Positions 38,758 through 53,079 are shown, numbered from the stretch's first letter. The stretch is 64,000 nucleotides of DNA from Octopus sinensis (GCF_006345805.1 NC_043007.1:66278001-66342000); one strand, 5' to 3'. Notes: a model not told the origin generated them from the letters alone. Made by a program: numbers and translations.

Positions 38758-38802
<45 letters not shown>

Positions 38803-38838
38803 TATATATATATATACATATGTATGTATATATATATG

Positions 38839-38873
<35 letters not shown>

Positions 38874-38920
38874 GCACATACCTATATATATATGCATACA
38901 TACATATATACATACATATG

Positions 38921-38951
<31 letters not shown>

Positions 38952-39786
38952 TACATATATATATATACATACATACATGTATACTTATATCTATGTATAT
39001 TTGTATGTGTGTATATATGCATGTATGCATATATGTATGTGTATTTATATATACATATACATGTGCGTATATATATATATTGTATACATATATATCAATA
39101 ACAACAATAATAATAATATAATAATAATAATATTATATTATTATTATTATATTATTATTATTATATTATTATTATTTTATTATTATTATTATTATTATTA
39201 TTATATTATTATTATTATTATTATTATAAGGATTACGAAGTAGCATTAGCATTATCTTTAATTCCTGTATATATATATATATCTTCAGACCTGCACATGC
39301 TTCTCTTGCATCAATTACTAACATTTGCAATTGCAACCTTACAAGCAGTTTCTTCAGGCACGTCACTTTAATATTCATTGATTTAACTGTTCAAAGTTTT
39401 ATACTGATTTTCTTTGCGTTCTATGATGTGAAGTTGGAAGTTAATTTATATGCGAACTATCTTCATTTCAAGTATTGATTGGATACTCAATTCCTTATAG
39501 TCGGTTATTTCAAAACATTTCGCTGTTTGCATGTTTATAACTTGAAGAGAGGTAAATTTTCTCATATACAAGAATCTTAAAGCTTATTCTTGTCTCGAAT
39601 TTATTATATTACCCACAGACTATACATAGGCCACATTTAGTGGTTCCTGGTCTGTATAGTTTTGTTGTATTAATTAATTCCCATTTGATAGAATAGTCTT
39701 TTGTTTCAATCTTCAATAGACCAGGTTAACCTACTTAGACTTGTTTGGAATTCTTTGTTTTTTTTTCCTAAAATGGATTTAAGTAT

Positions 39787-39838
<52 letters not shown>

Positions 39839-40249
39839 ATGTGTGTGTGTATGTATGTATGTATGTATGTATGTATGTATGTATGTATGTATGTATGTAT
39901 GTATGTATGTATGTATGTATGTATGTATAGGCCCTTAAAGTCTCTCTTCGTCCATTGTTTTCTACCGTATGACCACTCTGGTGTCGTTTGTTCGTTCGAT
40001 GCTCTAACCCTCCACAAATATTATATTTTTAAAATTTCTGGATGCTGCTGTCTTATGAAGTTTCCTGTCTTGTCGTTAAAAGCACGAAACAGTGAGTAAT
40101 ATCACATTCGAAAACTGAGGAAGGGTTAGACTTCTTTTTTGCTATTTTGTCTCGTACTTAAGTCTCGTTGTTTGTTTACGTATTTTTCACCCGTTGGTGA
40201 TGTCCTGTTCTTAAAGTGTATTTTTCATTTATTTAATAATTGAACGCCA

Positions 40250-40700
40250 CGCAGTCCTTGTCACCAGTAAGTTTTTATCGGGTATTTGTAGCTTGGGAGT
40301 CCAGTGAGCTTCTAGCTAAACGATTGTTTGGGTGTTCGTGATCTTCTAATGAGAGAAGAGAGATTGAATGAAACACTGAAGCGGTTATGCTATCACTGTA
40401 TAGAGACTGAAATTTTCAGTGAAAAGTAAGTTTTAATGGAAGGGTGGTGGTTGGTTAGAAGGCAAGAAAGTGTGAGATCGTGATTTTAGATGTGTGTATG
40501 CAAACGATAGGAGATTGGTTGTACGGTTGAAAGCCAGGGCTCTGAAGATGGCAGTACGCTTGATTAAATAAGCAGCGAATTGACGTTGGAAACAGTACGT
40601 CCATCATTGGCTTAAACTGGCCATTTCTAGCATTTATCTCACTCCACAGATTATGGTTATTCTTCTCTTTTAATCTCACCTTTCCACACTTTTGCCTTTC
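40250..40700 (-). mobile_element. Possible degraded non-LTR retrotransposon 3' region
   Basis: Coding-like composition and a HPNNRLARSSLDSQ remnant. Family not determined. Confidence 0.3.
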
Positions 40701-41219
40701 CGATCACTTTCTTTAAACTATTAACTTTGCACCGTTTCCTGCCATTCAGCACTGTGACCAAGCTCACATGGATTAAGAAAGGAGAAAACCTATTCTTCCT
40801 GAAGGAATATTTTGTTTGAAAGAGTGTAAAGTCCTCTTTCAGCGGTTTAAAAACTTAAAGGATTTCAAAATTTATCAATGAATACAATTTTTACCGAAGC
40901 ATACAACAAATCTTCCCACTTTCTGATATTGAAAGGTGGAAAAATATTGGTTACAATACTCAAATATATGATCGACAAAAACTGCATTTATTACATGTGG
41001 TCTATTTTCCTACGCTTTAGCTTTTGGTTCCCTGACTTAATTTTCCTCCATGCTCTTTACTTTGCTGTTGCACGCCCACCAGGTGCGCCTTTGAATTTCT
41101 TACACACCAACGCATAAATGATGCCGTTTATGCTGCGCCAGCATTCAGCTCTTTCACGCCACCCCACACTTCTATCGCTCCACCTTCAGTACACACATCA
41201 CACACACGGCTTCGTTCTG

Positions 41220-41785
41220 TTGGGTTGTCCGGAACGTTCGTGCTGATTTATAGTTGCTAACATTTCGACTTATTTTAGAACATGATTCAGTCCATAAAAT
41301 AGGATTTGACTACACCTCCATTTAGAGTACAGTTTAAGCTATCTTTTCATAGAAGAAAGTTTATGTTACTATAACCTGTGTTCATTCTGTAACCCTTTAA
41401 AATGAAAGATAAGAAAGTTCATTTTCGGCACTTGATGCTTTGGGAACAAGACAAAAATTGCTGCAGCTCGGCTGGGATGTGTTACCCCACCCTCCATATT
41501 AACTAGATATTGCTCCTTCGGATTTCCACTTATTCAGGTCTCTGCAGAATAGTCTTAATGGTTAAAATTTCAATTCCTTGGATGACGTAAAAAGATACTT
41601 TGATGAATTCTTTGGCATGAAACCACCTTAATTCTGGGAAGAGGATATTTTCAAGTTAAAGGAAAGATGGAGACGCATTGTGCAACAAAATGGTTCATAT
41701 TCGGTTGATTAAAAATGTAATGGCAAGTATTTATTAACCTTTTTCTTTCCTTTAAAAATCGGCATGAACTTTCCGGACAACCCAA
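41220..41785 (+). mobile_element. Internally deleted mariner (566 bp)
   Basis: TIRs TTGGGTTGTCCGGAACGTTCGTGCTGATTT / rc TTGGGTTGTCCGGAAAGTTCATGCCGATTT. N-terminal MKDKKVHFRHLMLW is fused to C-terminal TRQKLLQLGWDVLPHPPY..IAPSDFHLFRSLQN..RWRRIVQQNGSY. Confidence 0.9.
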
Positions 41786-43096
41786 TACTTACCTACAAGA
41801 GCTACACGCAACAACAGTTAAAGAGTACAATAGTTATATACACAGCATCGCGTCCACACTTACACTAAGCAACGCCATCAAATTTACAAACTTACACACG
41901 TCTACATACATATTACATACAATCCATCAAACACGCGCAAGTGTCTCCCAGTGCACGCGCACTCTGGCGCAAAGGAGAAACAACTCATTCACCCCATCTA
42001 CTTTTTTAACTCCTCCACACAGAACAGCATTCCCTTGCGTCCTTTTACTAATTAATTACTTAATATTTATTTTTAAAAATTTTGTTCGCACACCAGTTAT
42101 TTTCCTTCTCTTCTCTTCCCACGCTCTCTTTTTCTATTTCCTCTTTATCTCCTATTTTTTCTTAAGAAAGACTAACATCTGAGATGTCAAAATGTTCCTT
42201 TCTCAATTCAAGTACCCTTTTTTGAAGGCTTGGTATTAGGTAGTAGGTACACGTGAACTATCTTCACTTCAAGTATTGATTGGATACTCACTCGTTTATT
42301 CCTTATAGTTTATAATTTATCAGCAGGATTGCTCAGAGTGTCCCCAGATTTATAACATATGCAATGAAAAAGTGATGCAGCACGATAAGAAAGAACTAAG
42401 ACAATGGAACAGAACGATAACAGATGTAGAAAAAGCTGAGCAAAAAATTAGATATGGTTGATATAATTTTAAGTCTTAACGATAATTGAAAATCTCTATA
42501 GGTGATGAAAGCAGTAACTATACTGAGAAGTAATGTTTATTGCCACTTAAATATGGTTGTTCCACAGAAACTGATGCTACTACCGTTTTTAACCCTAAGA
42601 ATATACCTCCTCCAACAGGTTATCGATGTAAACTGCACCCGATATATATTGATTGCAAGCAGGGGAATAAACTCTTACCATCATCCAGCAATTTGACAGG
42701 ACCACCATAATTAGCTCTTACTGCTAAAACAAGCATAGCACGGGACGAAGTGACAAAGAATAGTAAACGGTGTATCGTCTAAAGTGACAAAGTTAAAAAG
42801 ATGCTGTTGGTGTATATAAGTAATGCTGAAGGAATATATAAAACATTGTTAGACTTTAGTCCATCAACGAGAGGAGAAATGTAACGAGAGAGAGAGAGAG
42901 GAGAGAGAGAGAAAGGGTGAGAGGTGGAGAGAGACACGGAAATATTTGAGCTGGCTATAAATGAAGAAAGGGGGTATGAATTACAGCACAGCCAAGACAC
43001 ATAGCGGAATAAAACCGAAAATAGAATAAAACTGAAGACAAAGTAGTAATAAAAACAGAAAGAGACAGAGATAGATAGGAGGGCCTTCACCTATAC

Positions 43097-43333
43097 TAGT
43101 AGTTTTCAACTGGGGTCCATATGGCCCTATAACATTTTCTTATTAAATTTATCTGCAATTGAATTTGTTATTATATAAAATATTTTAATTATTTTTATAC
43201 AATTCCTAATAATATTTAATTATAAAAATATAATAGAATCTTTTTAAAGTTCGAATGGCTAGGAGGGTTTACCTGAGTGAAATAGAAAGCAAAGGGGTTC
43301 ATAGGTAAAAAAAATAATATTTGAGAAACACTG
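43097..43333. mobile_element. hAT (Charlie-like) MITE
   Basis: Ends tagtagttttcaac ... tttgagaaacactg; 8-bp TSD acctatac / acctatgc. Confidence 0.75.
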
Positions 43334-43376
43334 ACCTATGCCAATGCCATCCCCCACCACCACTACAACCATCAAC

Positions 43377-44423
43377 GGATCTTGTCGGTTTGGCTGCCAG
43401 CATCAATTCTGTTCGAATTGATTTCATATTCTGTGTAATGTTACAATTTTATTAGCTAATGAATGACGTGAAAATCATTTTTGCTATAAATCAATAAATA
43501 AAGAGTTTTTAGCAATTAATGTTTGAAAACTTTGGTAATTTTAACCAATCGTAAATTCATGCCTGTTTCCACAGTAACAAGCAGAACACGAGAAATATTT
43601 TGCCTGCGAGAAAGCACGTGTTGACAAATATATTGAAACCACTTATTTTACCTATCTGTTGACAACTGAGTATGTGAATTTATGTAGTGCAGGAGATATG
43701 AAAATTGTGATTTGTGCGAGAAATTGATTGACTGCACATTAAATTTTCGTTTTCAATAAACTGGTCAATAAAATGTTTGTTTTTTAAAAAAATATTTAAC
43801 TTGTAATGTACTATTTTGTTTTTAGGTAAATCTTTTAAGTTCGTGCTATCGCATTAAATGCTTATCGGATGCTTAAAACTACAAGAGCCGTGTTGTTTAC
43901 TCTTTCTTTCTTTTTTTTTTTTTGCTAACCTGAAAGATGGTACCCACACTCAACAAGTGGAGAGTACGTGGGCCTCTGTGAAGCGAGATAATAAACGACG
44001 CTGTGGCACTCACCGTTCTGTTGTAGATTCATATCTCTGAATTTACGTGGCGCAGGAGATACGAAAATTGTGATTTGTTTGAGAAATTGACTGAATGTAT
44101 TTCCAACTTGCGTTTTTAATTTTAAAAATATTTTGTAATGTGTTGCTTATTGCACGCTTAAATGCTTGTTTTTAAGTATATTTTGTTCACTCTTTTATTT
44201 TCATAAATATGTACATCTTTCAGAACATTGACATTTTATAAGATTTTGCTGGCAAATTTTAAAATTAATATAAAATAGTTTGTTTACCAACCACATGATT
44301 CCGAGTTCAGTCCCACTGCTTGGCACCTTGGGCAAGTGTGTTCTACTATAGCCTCGGGCCGACCAAAGCCTTGTGAGTGAATTTGGTTGACGGAAACTGA
44401 AAGAAGCCCGTCGTATATATGTA

Positions 44424-44478
<55 letters not shown>

Positions 44479-45023
44479 GCGTGTGTGTGTTTGTGTGTCT
44501 GTGTTTGTCCCCCTAGCATTGCTTGACAACCGATGCTGGTGTGTTTATTGCACGTAACGTGTTGTTCATCGCATTTGCATTAAATGCATATTGAATGCTT
44601 AAAACTATTTGTTTACTCAATTCTTTTTGTAATTGAGGTGGTTGTAAGATGTGCTAAAAATAACAGTTAAATAACGTTTTTAGGATAAATTTTTAAGTTC
44701 GTGCTATCGTATTAAATGCATATAGAATGCTTCAAACTACAAAACACGTGTTGTTTACAAATATTGACAACACTTGCTATTTTCAAGATAATGACGTCAA
44801 AAAAAAGTGCAGTTACGCACAAAATGACAGCTTTCAAATCATGTTTCTTGATTGGGTGAAAATGATAAAACTTTAAACATCGATAACTTTTTAAAAACAT
44901 TTTTCTGGCAAAAGTGAAATGACTCCAACAATTCAGCTTCGAAAAGTATATTGTTGTACCAAATTTTAAAATTTTCGATAAACTTTAATTTTTGAAATGC
45001 TGGTAGCCAAATCAACTAGATCC
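43377..45023 (+). mobile_element. Merlin/IS1016-family non-autonomous transposon with nested OR2 SINE (44277-44549)
   Basis: 27-bp TIRs (23/27 identical) starting GGATCT; 8-bp TSD ccatcaac / ccatcaat; transposase C-terminal remnant DGTHTQQVESTWASVKRDNKRRCGTHRSVVDSYL/EFTWRRRY..DLFEKL at about 43936-44110. Confidence 0.85.
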
Positions 45024-45560
45024 CCATCAATACCACCACAACTACAACCGATACCACCACCACTACTACACAGCATTAGCAGTGTCCACTACCAACGCCA
45101 CAGCCACTATCACCGCTACTATCATTACTACTGCCACCACCAAAACTACTATTGTCACTGCCACTTTCACCACTGTCATTACTGCTACTACTGCCACACA
45201 CAAATACCAAACATCACTATAATTGTCATTGCTAACAGCCACTACATCTCTGCAACTACCACCACCACCATCACCACCACTACTAAAACCACCACCAGCA
45301 TAACCACCATCACCACCACCACCACTACCACCACTAATTCTCTATCATCACCATCACTACCATCACCACCACTACCATCACCGCCACCACCACCACCGGC
45401 ACCACTACCACTACCATCACCATCACCCCACCACCACCACCACCGACACCACCACGACCATTACCATCACTACCACCACCACCACTATCACCATCACCAT
45501 CACCCCCCCCCCCTACCATCACCCCCCCACCACTTCCATCAACACCACCGGATCAAGCAG
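45024..45560. repeat. (CAC/TAC)n low-complexity tract
   Basis: Degenerate trinucleotide array; it also continues to the left of the Merlin insertion (about 43345-43376). Confidence 0.85.
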
Positions 45561-45902
45561 TGAGTCAACGATAGCAATAGACGGTTGAGTGGTTTCAAGG
45601 TCGTAAAAAACAAAGAAAAAGATGAAAAAAAAAGAACAATACAATCAACAACAACAACGACATTGGTAAGAATAACAATAGTGACAACAACAACTACATT
45701 TGACAATGAGAACAACGTCAACAATCGCAACGAGAATAATGAAACAATATCGTTGGTACCGGGAGGTTGGGGTCGGGGTAGGTAGGTGGGTAGGGTTGTG
45801 AATATAAGTACACAAGCATCTCAGCGGCACCCCTGCTTTCCCCCTTTTCACTGTGATCCCACTTCCTTTCATGTTTTTTTTTTTTGCCTCCTTCTACTCC
45901 TC

Positions 45903-46002
45903 NNNNNNNNNNNNNNNNNNNNNNNNNNNNNNNNNNNNNNNNNNNNNNNNNNNNNNNNNNNNNNNNNNNNNNNNNNNNNNNNNNNNNNNNNNNNNNNNNN
46001 NN
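45903..46002. other. Assembly gap (100 N)
   Basis: Run of exactly 100 N; a family A SINE fragment starts immediately after it. Contiguity across the gap is unverified. Confidence 0.99.
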
Positions 46003-47622
46003 TGCCTTTTATCCTTTGGGAGTCGATAAAATGAGTACCAGTTGAACACTGGGGTCGATGTAATCGACTCATCCCCATCTTCCTCAAGTTGCCCCGGTGG
46101 CAAAAATTTGTAATAATAATTATTATTGGAAGAAATGTTATTTCGTTTCTTTATATCGGAATTTTGAAAAACCACCATTCTGTGGTTTATTTTTCTTTGT
46201 GCAAGGATTTATAAAAAAAAAAAGAAACAATCATATAAGCTGATAGCCTCAGTTAACTATGCTGCTTTCTCTACTAATCTGTAACCTCGAGCAAACGTAA
46301 AGTAGCCTCGAACTATAGAGATAGAAGAACAGGAAAGACATAATGGCGAACTAAATAAACTGCGACATTTAGTCACGTGTCATCATGTTTTGAGTTTGAA
46401 TACTTCCGACATTTGACTTCACGTTTTCCCCACTCTTAGTTCGGTAAAATAAATGACAATTATGTACTGAAGTCTGTCTCAGTAGACTGTATTTCTTCGT
46501 CTATAAATATGCGGCGAGGTGCACCTCAAATTTTAAGTAGAAAAAATATAATGAGCAAATTCTTAGTAAAAAAAAAAATAGACAAAACATTGCTATAGAA
46601 ATCAGAATGTCTCCCATGTAATTGAATTGTGTTAATGTGATTTTATTTTTGGAAAATTCTAATTTTGTTTCCTTTTTCCATCTTTCGTTTTTATTTGCGT
46701 TCATTCGCCTCAGTTCAATTCTTTCTTCCTTTTTTTTTTTGGTGTGTTACGATGGCTGAGGAAACTTCTTTTACATTAGAGCTTCTTATTTTTCAGGTTT
46801 TATGTAATTAGATGATGAAATATCTCTCTATTTTAAGCTTCATGGTTCCTACAAAAGGATGCAAGGACGCAAACACATTGGACACATTCCACAATGGAAA
46901 GAATTCTTTTACATCTTAATGAAGTTCAAGAATTTAGAACCCTTCAAAAAAAAAGAAGAAACGGAAACTAAAGGATAAAGAACAAAAATAAAAATCAATC
47001 ATTCCTATAACTAAGCCTTATAAAAATTATTTTGTAAAAATCAGGAAAGCTACTTCTGCAGCAATAAATAAATAAATAAATAAATAAAATGAAGAAATAA
47101 AAATGTTTTAAGGACGTAGTGTCCTGTAGTAAACAGGAACTGAGTTAGCGGTATAAGAGAAGTCAGAATAAACTTATCTCTAATAACAAAAAGACATATA
47201 GTAACAGACTAATTCATTTGATAAATAAAATATAACATGACGCATCATTTAAAAGCTCCCAAACAGATCCTGAAATTATAATCATTGGCCGGACCTGAAA
47301 ACCCTAGTTGTGAAAGTAAGCCTTGCTGAGACAATCACAACTACTTGAATTGAGGTCTTGAAGATAACGACACACGGAAGTGTTCTCGTTGTCAATTCGT
47401 GAAGCATTCATTATTTCTACAGTATTTCTACAGGCGATAGCATGGGTGTATGGTAAAGAACTTCCCTTTGCGAATCTGTAGTTTCGTGTTCAGTCTCTGC
47501 TGTGCAACACCGTCACTTCTATTATTGCCCCGTGCCGACTAATGCGTTCTGAGTGAATTTAGTTGGCGTAAATTGTATGGAAGCTAATCGTATATCTACA
47601 GAAGACAGACAGACAGACCGAC

Positions 47623-47656
<34 letters not shown>

Positions 47657-47959
47657 TGAAAATATGCCACTGTTTGTGTGTGTGTGTGTGGAGGAAATTT
47701 TTTCCCTACACCACTTGGTAATCGTGTGGGTTCGTTTACACCAACTTCGACAGAATAAGTACTAAGGTCGATTTGTTCGAATTAACCTTTTATGGCGGTG
47801 CCCAAACATGGATACAATCCAATAAGAGAAACAAGGAAAAGATTATTCAGACAATTGTTTCCCTATAATGTGATCTGGTCAGCCAACCGGTTTAATTATT
47901 TTCTAAATATTTCTGGGATTTTTTTTTTTTTAGAGATATTTTTCCATTCAGCCATTTCG

Positions 47960-49160
47960 GAACAGTTAGCACGCCGGGCAAGCTGCTTAGCTGTATTTCG
48001 TCCGTCTCTACGTTCTCCGTCGAGGTCAACTTTGCTTTCACCTTTTCAGGGTCGATAAAATAGGTATCAGTCAAACACTGAGGTCGTTGTAAACGGCTGG
48101 CCCCCTCCCCCAACAAGTCTCAGGTTTATGCTTATAGTAGAAAGAATTATTATTGAGTGAGAGAGCCGTGCATTCTATTAAAGCGATGAAAGGTTAATAT
48201 ATCCATCATGATTACACGTTTGATAAGGGTACACTAGGCACATGCATCACAACCATAACTGCTCAGCAGGGTGAGTTCATATCAAAATAAACAGCGCACG
48301 GCCATACAGGTAAAGCCCAGTTAGAATTTTCTTTAGGTCGAGTTGCCCATTATTTATTATACACGTGCGTTTTTTTGGGGTTTTTTTTTGCGGAATCGTT
48401 AGAGTGCCGCAAAAAATTTCCTTGCGGTATTTCTCCCGAATCTACTTTCTGAGTTCAAATCTAACCGCGATCAGTTTTACCTTTCATCTCTGGGGTCGGT
48501 AAAATAAAGTCCCAGTCAGGTACTGAGTACAATTTAATCGACTAACTCCTTCCTCCCAAATTTCTGGCAGTGTGAATCAGTAAGAATATATAATTTTTTA
48601 TTATTCTGTAAGGCAGCGAGCTGGCAGAATCGTTAGCACGCTGGGAAAAATGCTTAGCGGCATTTCGTCCGTCCTAAGTTCAAATTCCGCCGAGGTTGAC
48701 CTTGCCTTTTATCTTTTTGGGGTCGATAAATTATGTACCAGTGAACACTACGGTTAATGTAATCGACTAATACCCTCCCCCCAAAATTTCTTCCAATGGG
48801 ATCGTTTTGATCAACTAATTAATTCAGCCTCCCAAATTCGTGTTCATATGACTACTGTCGCCTCAAAATATTTCTGACCTTGAACCTACGTTAGAAAAAT
48901 TATTATTATGGTTTCTATAAACAGGCTGAGTTGTTAGAATATGGGAAGACATAACCTGCGGTATTTATTCCGGCTCTTTACCTTCTGAGTTCGAATCACT
49001 CCGAGGTCAACTTTGCCTTTCATTATATCTGTCATGATTTCAGCGACGTAGTCGCCCATTATTTATTATACACTGGCGTACCACTCATGTACTGGTCAAT
49101 GTTGTCAACTAATACCTTCCTCTCGAAATTGCTAACCTCGTGTCTAAACCAGAAACAATT
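47960..49160 (+). mobile_element. Four old family A SINE copies in the same orientation
   Basis: Diverged family A blocks near 47965, 48385, 48612 and 48925, each with gaggtc/gttgac..gcctttc..tcga..aaataa..tac. Confidence 0.7.
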
Positions 49161-50949
49161 ATTATTTTCCGGATTTATAAGAGTGCTTTTATTTGGATGA
49201 TTTGTTGATCGCATTTTATGTTACGTTTTTGTTATATTCCTCTGTGACAATCCCATTGCTTCAATAAAGTAATACGGCAAAAGATATCTGTAATATGTCG
49301 TCTACTTTCAATTCAAAAGCATATTCCATTTTGGTCAAGATGTATATATTGTTACATACTTTCAGTAAATACGCGAGATGAATCAGCTGAAGGGCTTATA
49401 TTTTTAGCTAAATATTCGGTATTATACAGTACTTGAGTGGTTTCCATAACATTGAATGTTTTATTTTGGTATGCGTTTTTATCAATTTATCAGTGTCCCT
49501 TTGTACGCTACTATTCAATATAAATACTTCCCTTGGAATGTATAAACTTCCTAAGGGTACTCTCTTCTGGAATTCATTTGTGAAAGGTCTGCAAGGAAGC
49601 CTTTCAAATTTTAAGTATTTTTTTCCCTGCTATTCTTTCTACGCTACAGAGAGTTCCTCTCTTAACAAAGACACTACATTTCATTTCCAATGATTCTGTA
49701 ACATCCATTTCTAGTCCTTTGTGTTTTTGTTTTCAAACTTCTTCGCAGATACCTTCGTATCAGATTTTCATAGGCATACCACAGCGATTCAAGAACAAGG
49801 CGCTGGTTGTGCTATCCTGGAGGACAATGTTAAAGAGGACAGCTTTTATCTCCTTGACTGCAAGTATTTGAGTATCATAGACAAAAGCAGCACTTTTTTA
49901 CTCCTAAATACGCCCCGGGTTTAAGTAAATATGACAATTACAGAGTATAATCGCTCGCTAGTTTGTACATTTTATTTTATTAATAATTTCTCCACTCTCC
50001 AATATGTTTGTGCATTTATGGTATCATCATATTTAACTAAATTTGTAAATTCTATATAGCTCGTCTTGGTAATTTGCGTATTACTTCATATATATATTAT
50101 ATATATATATATAATATATATATATATATATACAGACATAAGCAGATAGATATATGCGGATACACACACACACGTATATATAAGACAATGTAAGAGAAAG
50201 AGAGTAGAATTTCGATTAGCCCCACGTGGTGAGTCGTAATGCAAAATATATATATATAAAATAAAAGAAGGAAAATGCACCCAGTTTACATATGTTTAAT
50301 ATATTTCATAAGTGAAAGAGTATTGTGTTTGTCGACCAGTTTCGCTTTCGCTAATCATGACATTGAAATGATTGTAATTTCGTATTTTCTTAAGATTCTT
50401 GTCCATGTTGCGTGTGGGAGTTTGTGAACGGGAGTTTATTTTATATATATCATAAATATACATAGAGTTTGAGCAGTTGCGTATGCAACCGGACATAAAT
50501 TTCTGTGCAGCTTCGTTCAGGGTCTTTCAACCAGCTTGGTTCGAAGCGAACTCAAAGCTGGGTGCTACCATGTTATCCACCTGGATAATATATCCCTCTA
50601 AACACATACACATATCTACGTATACACACTCACTCACACACACACACACACACACTCACACACACACACACACGCACACGCACACACACACACACACGCA
50701 CGCACACACGTGCGTATATATACTTACAAGAATCGCAATAGTAGAAAATATATATAAAAATGAGAGTGTAGATGTTAATTTATTCCGTTAGTTGACAATT
50801 ATTTTCTCATCGGTGTTGGTTACATAAGTAATATCATATCATACATTACATATATATATATATATACTCTGCAATAAGTAGCAGATAGTTTGATTATATA
50901 GTCACGGTCAATAAATGTATTCGTCAGATTTTATCCTTTATAAATACTA

Positions 50950-51200
50950 ATGGGTTGGTGCATAATTATTGCAGCTTATTTTCAACTAATTTTATTCAAC
51001 AAAAGCAATAACAACATGTTACAAAAACATCTTTAAAGGATTATTCCGGAGCATATTCACCATCTACTTCAATTACTGCTTCCCATTTGCTTGGCAGACG
51101 GTCAGACCGTTATTTAAAGATGTTTTTGTAAAATATTGTTATTGTTTTTGTTGAACAAAATTTGTTGAAAAAATGCCGCAATAATTATGCACCAACCCAA
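50950..51200. mobile_element. mariner-derived MITE with long inverted ends
   Basis: TIR (A/T)TGGGTTGGTGCATAATTATTGC, TA flanks, arms extending about 90 bp; internal minus-strand transposase tail DRLPSKWEAVIEVDGEYAPE*. Confidence 0.85.
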
Positions 51201-51298
51201 TACGATTACTGTATATGGAGTGCATTAATAAAGTGATGACAGTGGCTAAATACGAATTCAGAAAAAGAGTACAGTCAAATAAAATGAATTGAGTAAAA

Positions 51299-51680
51299 TC
51301 TCTCTATATATAAACGGCAGTTTGTCTGTGTGTTTCTGTGTGTCTGTTTGGTTGTAACCTCACCCTGACCACGGCTTTCAACCGATTCTGATGAAACTTG
51401 ACACACACATAGCCCAATGTCATAATTCAAAACTAACGCAGCGAAAATTTTGAAAAGTTCCCCCAGTTCTGAAAAAAATCGATAAATTCGACATGGGGTC
51501 GAGAATCAGAAACACAAACCACAGACTGTCTAGGGGACGCAACTCGACCTTTTTTAACTCTCAAAAAAATTTACCATCATTTTTTTTCCATTTTTTTGCT
51601 ATTTTTTGGCTATAACTCTCTAAAAATGCTTTATAGTTATTTCCCTTACAAACCTGAGCAACGCCGGGCGATACTGCTAG
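51299..51680 (+). mobile_element. Complete non-autonomous Helitron (382 bp)
   Basis: A|TCTCTCTATATATAAAC start; decayed hairpin cctgag-caacg-ccggg; CTAG|T end; no TSD. Confidence 0.8.
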
Positions 51681-51904
51681 TCAAAAATAAAATAAGAAAG
51701 AATATGTTTATCATAGAAATTTACTTTCCAAAGAATTGGCTAAACGTTGCGTTGTGTAGGAATTAATAGATCATCTGCTAATAAAAAAGAATAAGACAAA
51801 TAAATGAATAAACAAATAGAATGCAATATGAAATGTATTGAGAATATGAAGAATAACGAAAAATAAATGAGGGTTTAAATATTAAGAGAGTATTCTTTAT
51901 CTTG

Positions 51905-52135
51905 TACCTTTCACTTCTTTCAGTCACTTGACTGTGGCCATGCTAGAGCAACGCCTTGGAGAATTTTTTAGCCGAAGGAATTGAGCCCAGGACTTAGTTT
52001 TAAAGCCCGGTATTTATTCTATCGGTCTGTTCTGCCGAACCGCTAGGATACAGGAACATAAACACGCCAACACCGGTTGTCGAGCAGTGGGAGGGAACAA
52101 GCACAAACACAAAGATGCACGCACGCACACACACA
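51905..52135 (-). mobile_element. OR2-like SINE 3' half, older subfamily
   Basis: ttcagtcacttgactgtggccatgctagagcaacgcc..ctatcggtctgttctgccgaaccgcta. Confidence 0.7.
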
Positions 52136-52386
52136 CCTATTTATTTGTACCACTATTTATAAGCTAATAAAATTTTTTATGCTTTTACTTGTTAAGTCAT
52201 TTCTCTAATTAAATTGCGTGTCTTGGAACCAACTACCGATGTAAGCTGATTTATATATGTGTATGTATACATACATACAAACATGCATGCATGATAATAT
52301 AGGTATATTGATAGATATATACATGTATGTGTGATAGTCTGAACGTGTATGCATGTGTATATGTGTGTATATATCTGTACTTATAT

Positions 52387-52618
52387 TTCTTTATTACCCA
52401 CAAGGGGCTAAACACAGAGAGGACAAACAAGGACAGACAAACGGATTAAGTCGATTATATCGACCTCAGTGCGTAACTGGTACTTATTTAATCGACCCCG
52501 AAAGGATGAAAAGCAAAGTCGACCTCGGCAGAATTTGAACTCAGAACGTAGCGGCAGACGAAATACGGCTACGCATTTCGTCCGGTGTGCTAACGTTTCT
52601 GTCAGTTCGTCGCCTTCA
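52387..52618 (-). mobile_element. Family A SINE (A1) monomer with 18-bp TSD
   Basis: Flanked by atatatctgtacttatat at 52369-52386 and 52619-52636. Confidence 0.92.
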
Positions 52619-52924
52619 ATATATCTGTACTTATATCCTTATATACATGTACACAGTTGTATATATTTTCGTATGTGTGCATGTTGTTCGTTAGTCTGTG
52701 ATACTGATATGTTAATGTTTTCTAAACATTTATTCTGCCTTAACTTAATATAGTGGTGAGTATTTACCTCTGTATACATTTCTACACGTTCTTCCTCATC
52801 GTTCTACTCCTGCTCCTTCTCGTTATTATTACCATTTATCTTTATCATTGTTTTTCACACGCACACAATACACACACACACACACACAACACACACACAA
52901 ACTATATATACTATATATATATAT

Positions 52925-52965
<41 letters not shown>

Positions 52966-53079
52966 AAAATGGGACAAGAATGCAAAACATCCAGAGTTTC
53001 TTTCCTCAGCCGAGTTCCAGATTATCTTTGCAATTTCGGCCGGTTACATATATATATATTATATATATATATTATATAT

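Noticed and set aside
42310-42710. Protein-looking plus frame (DCSECPQIYN.. / ETDATTVFNPKNIPPPTGYRCK..)
   Set aside because: Four in-frame stops, no recognisable family, and the apparent intron is too short.
44997-45563. 188-aa His/Pro/Thr-rich ORF
   Set aside because: It lies on a degenerate (CAC)n tract and starts inside the Merlin TIR; it is open only because the repeat lacks stops.
45749-45795. G-rich run with G-quadruplex potential
   Set aside because: Irregular G-tracts next to an assembly gap, with no functional context.
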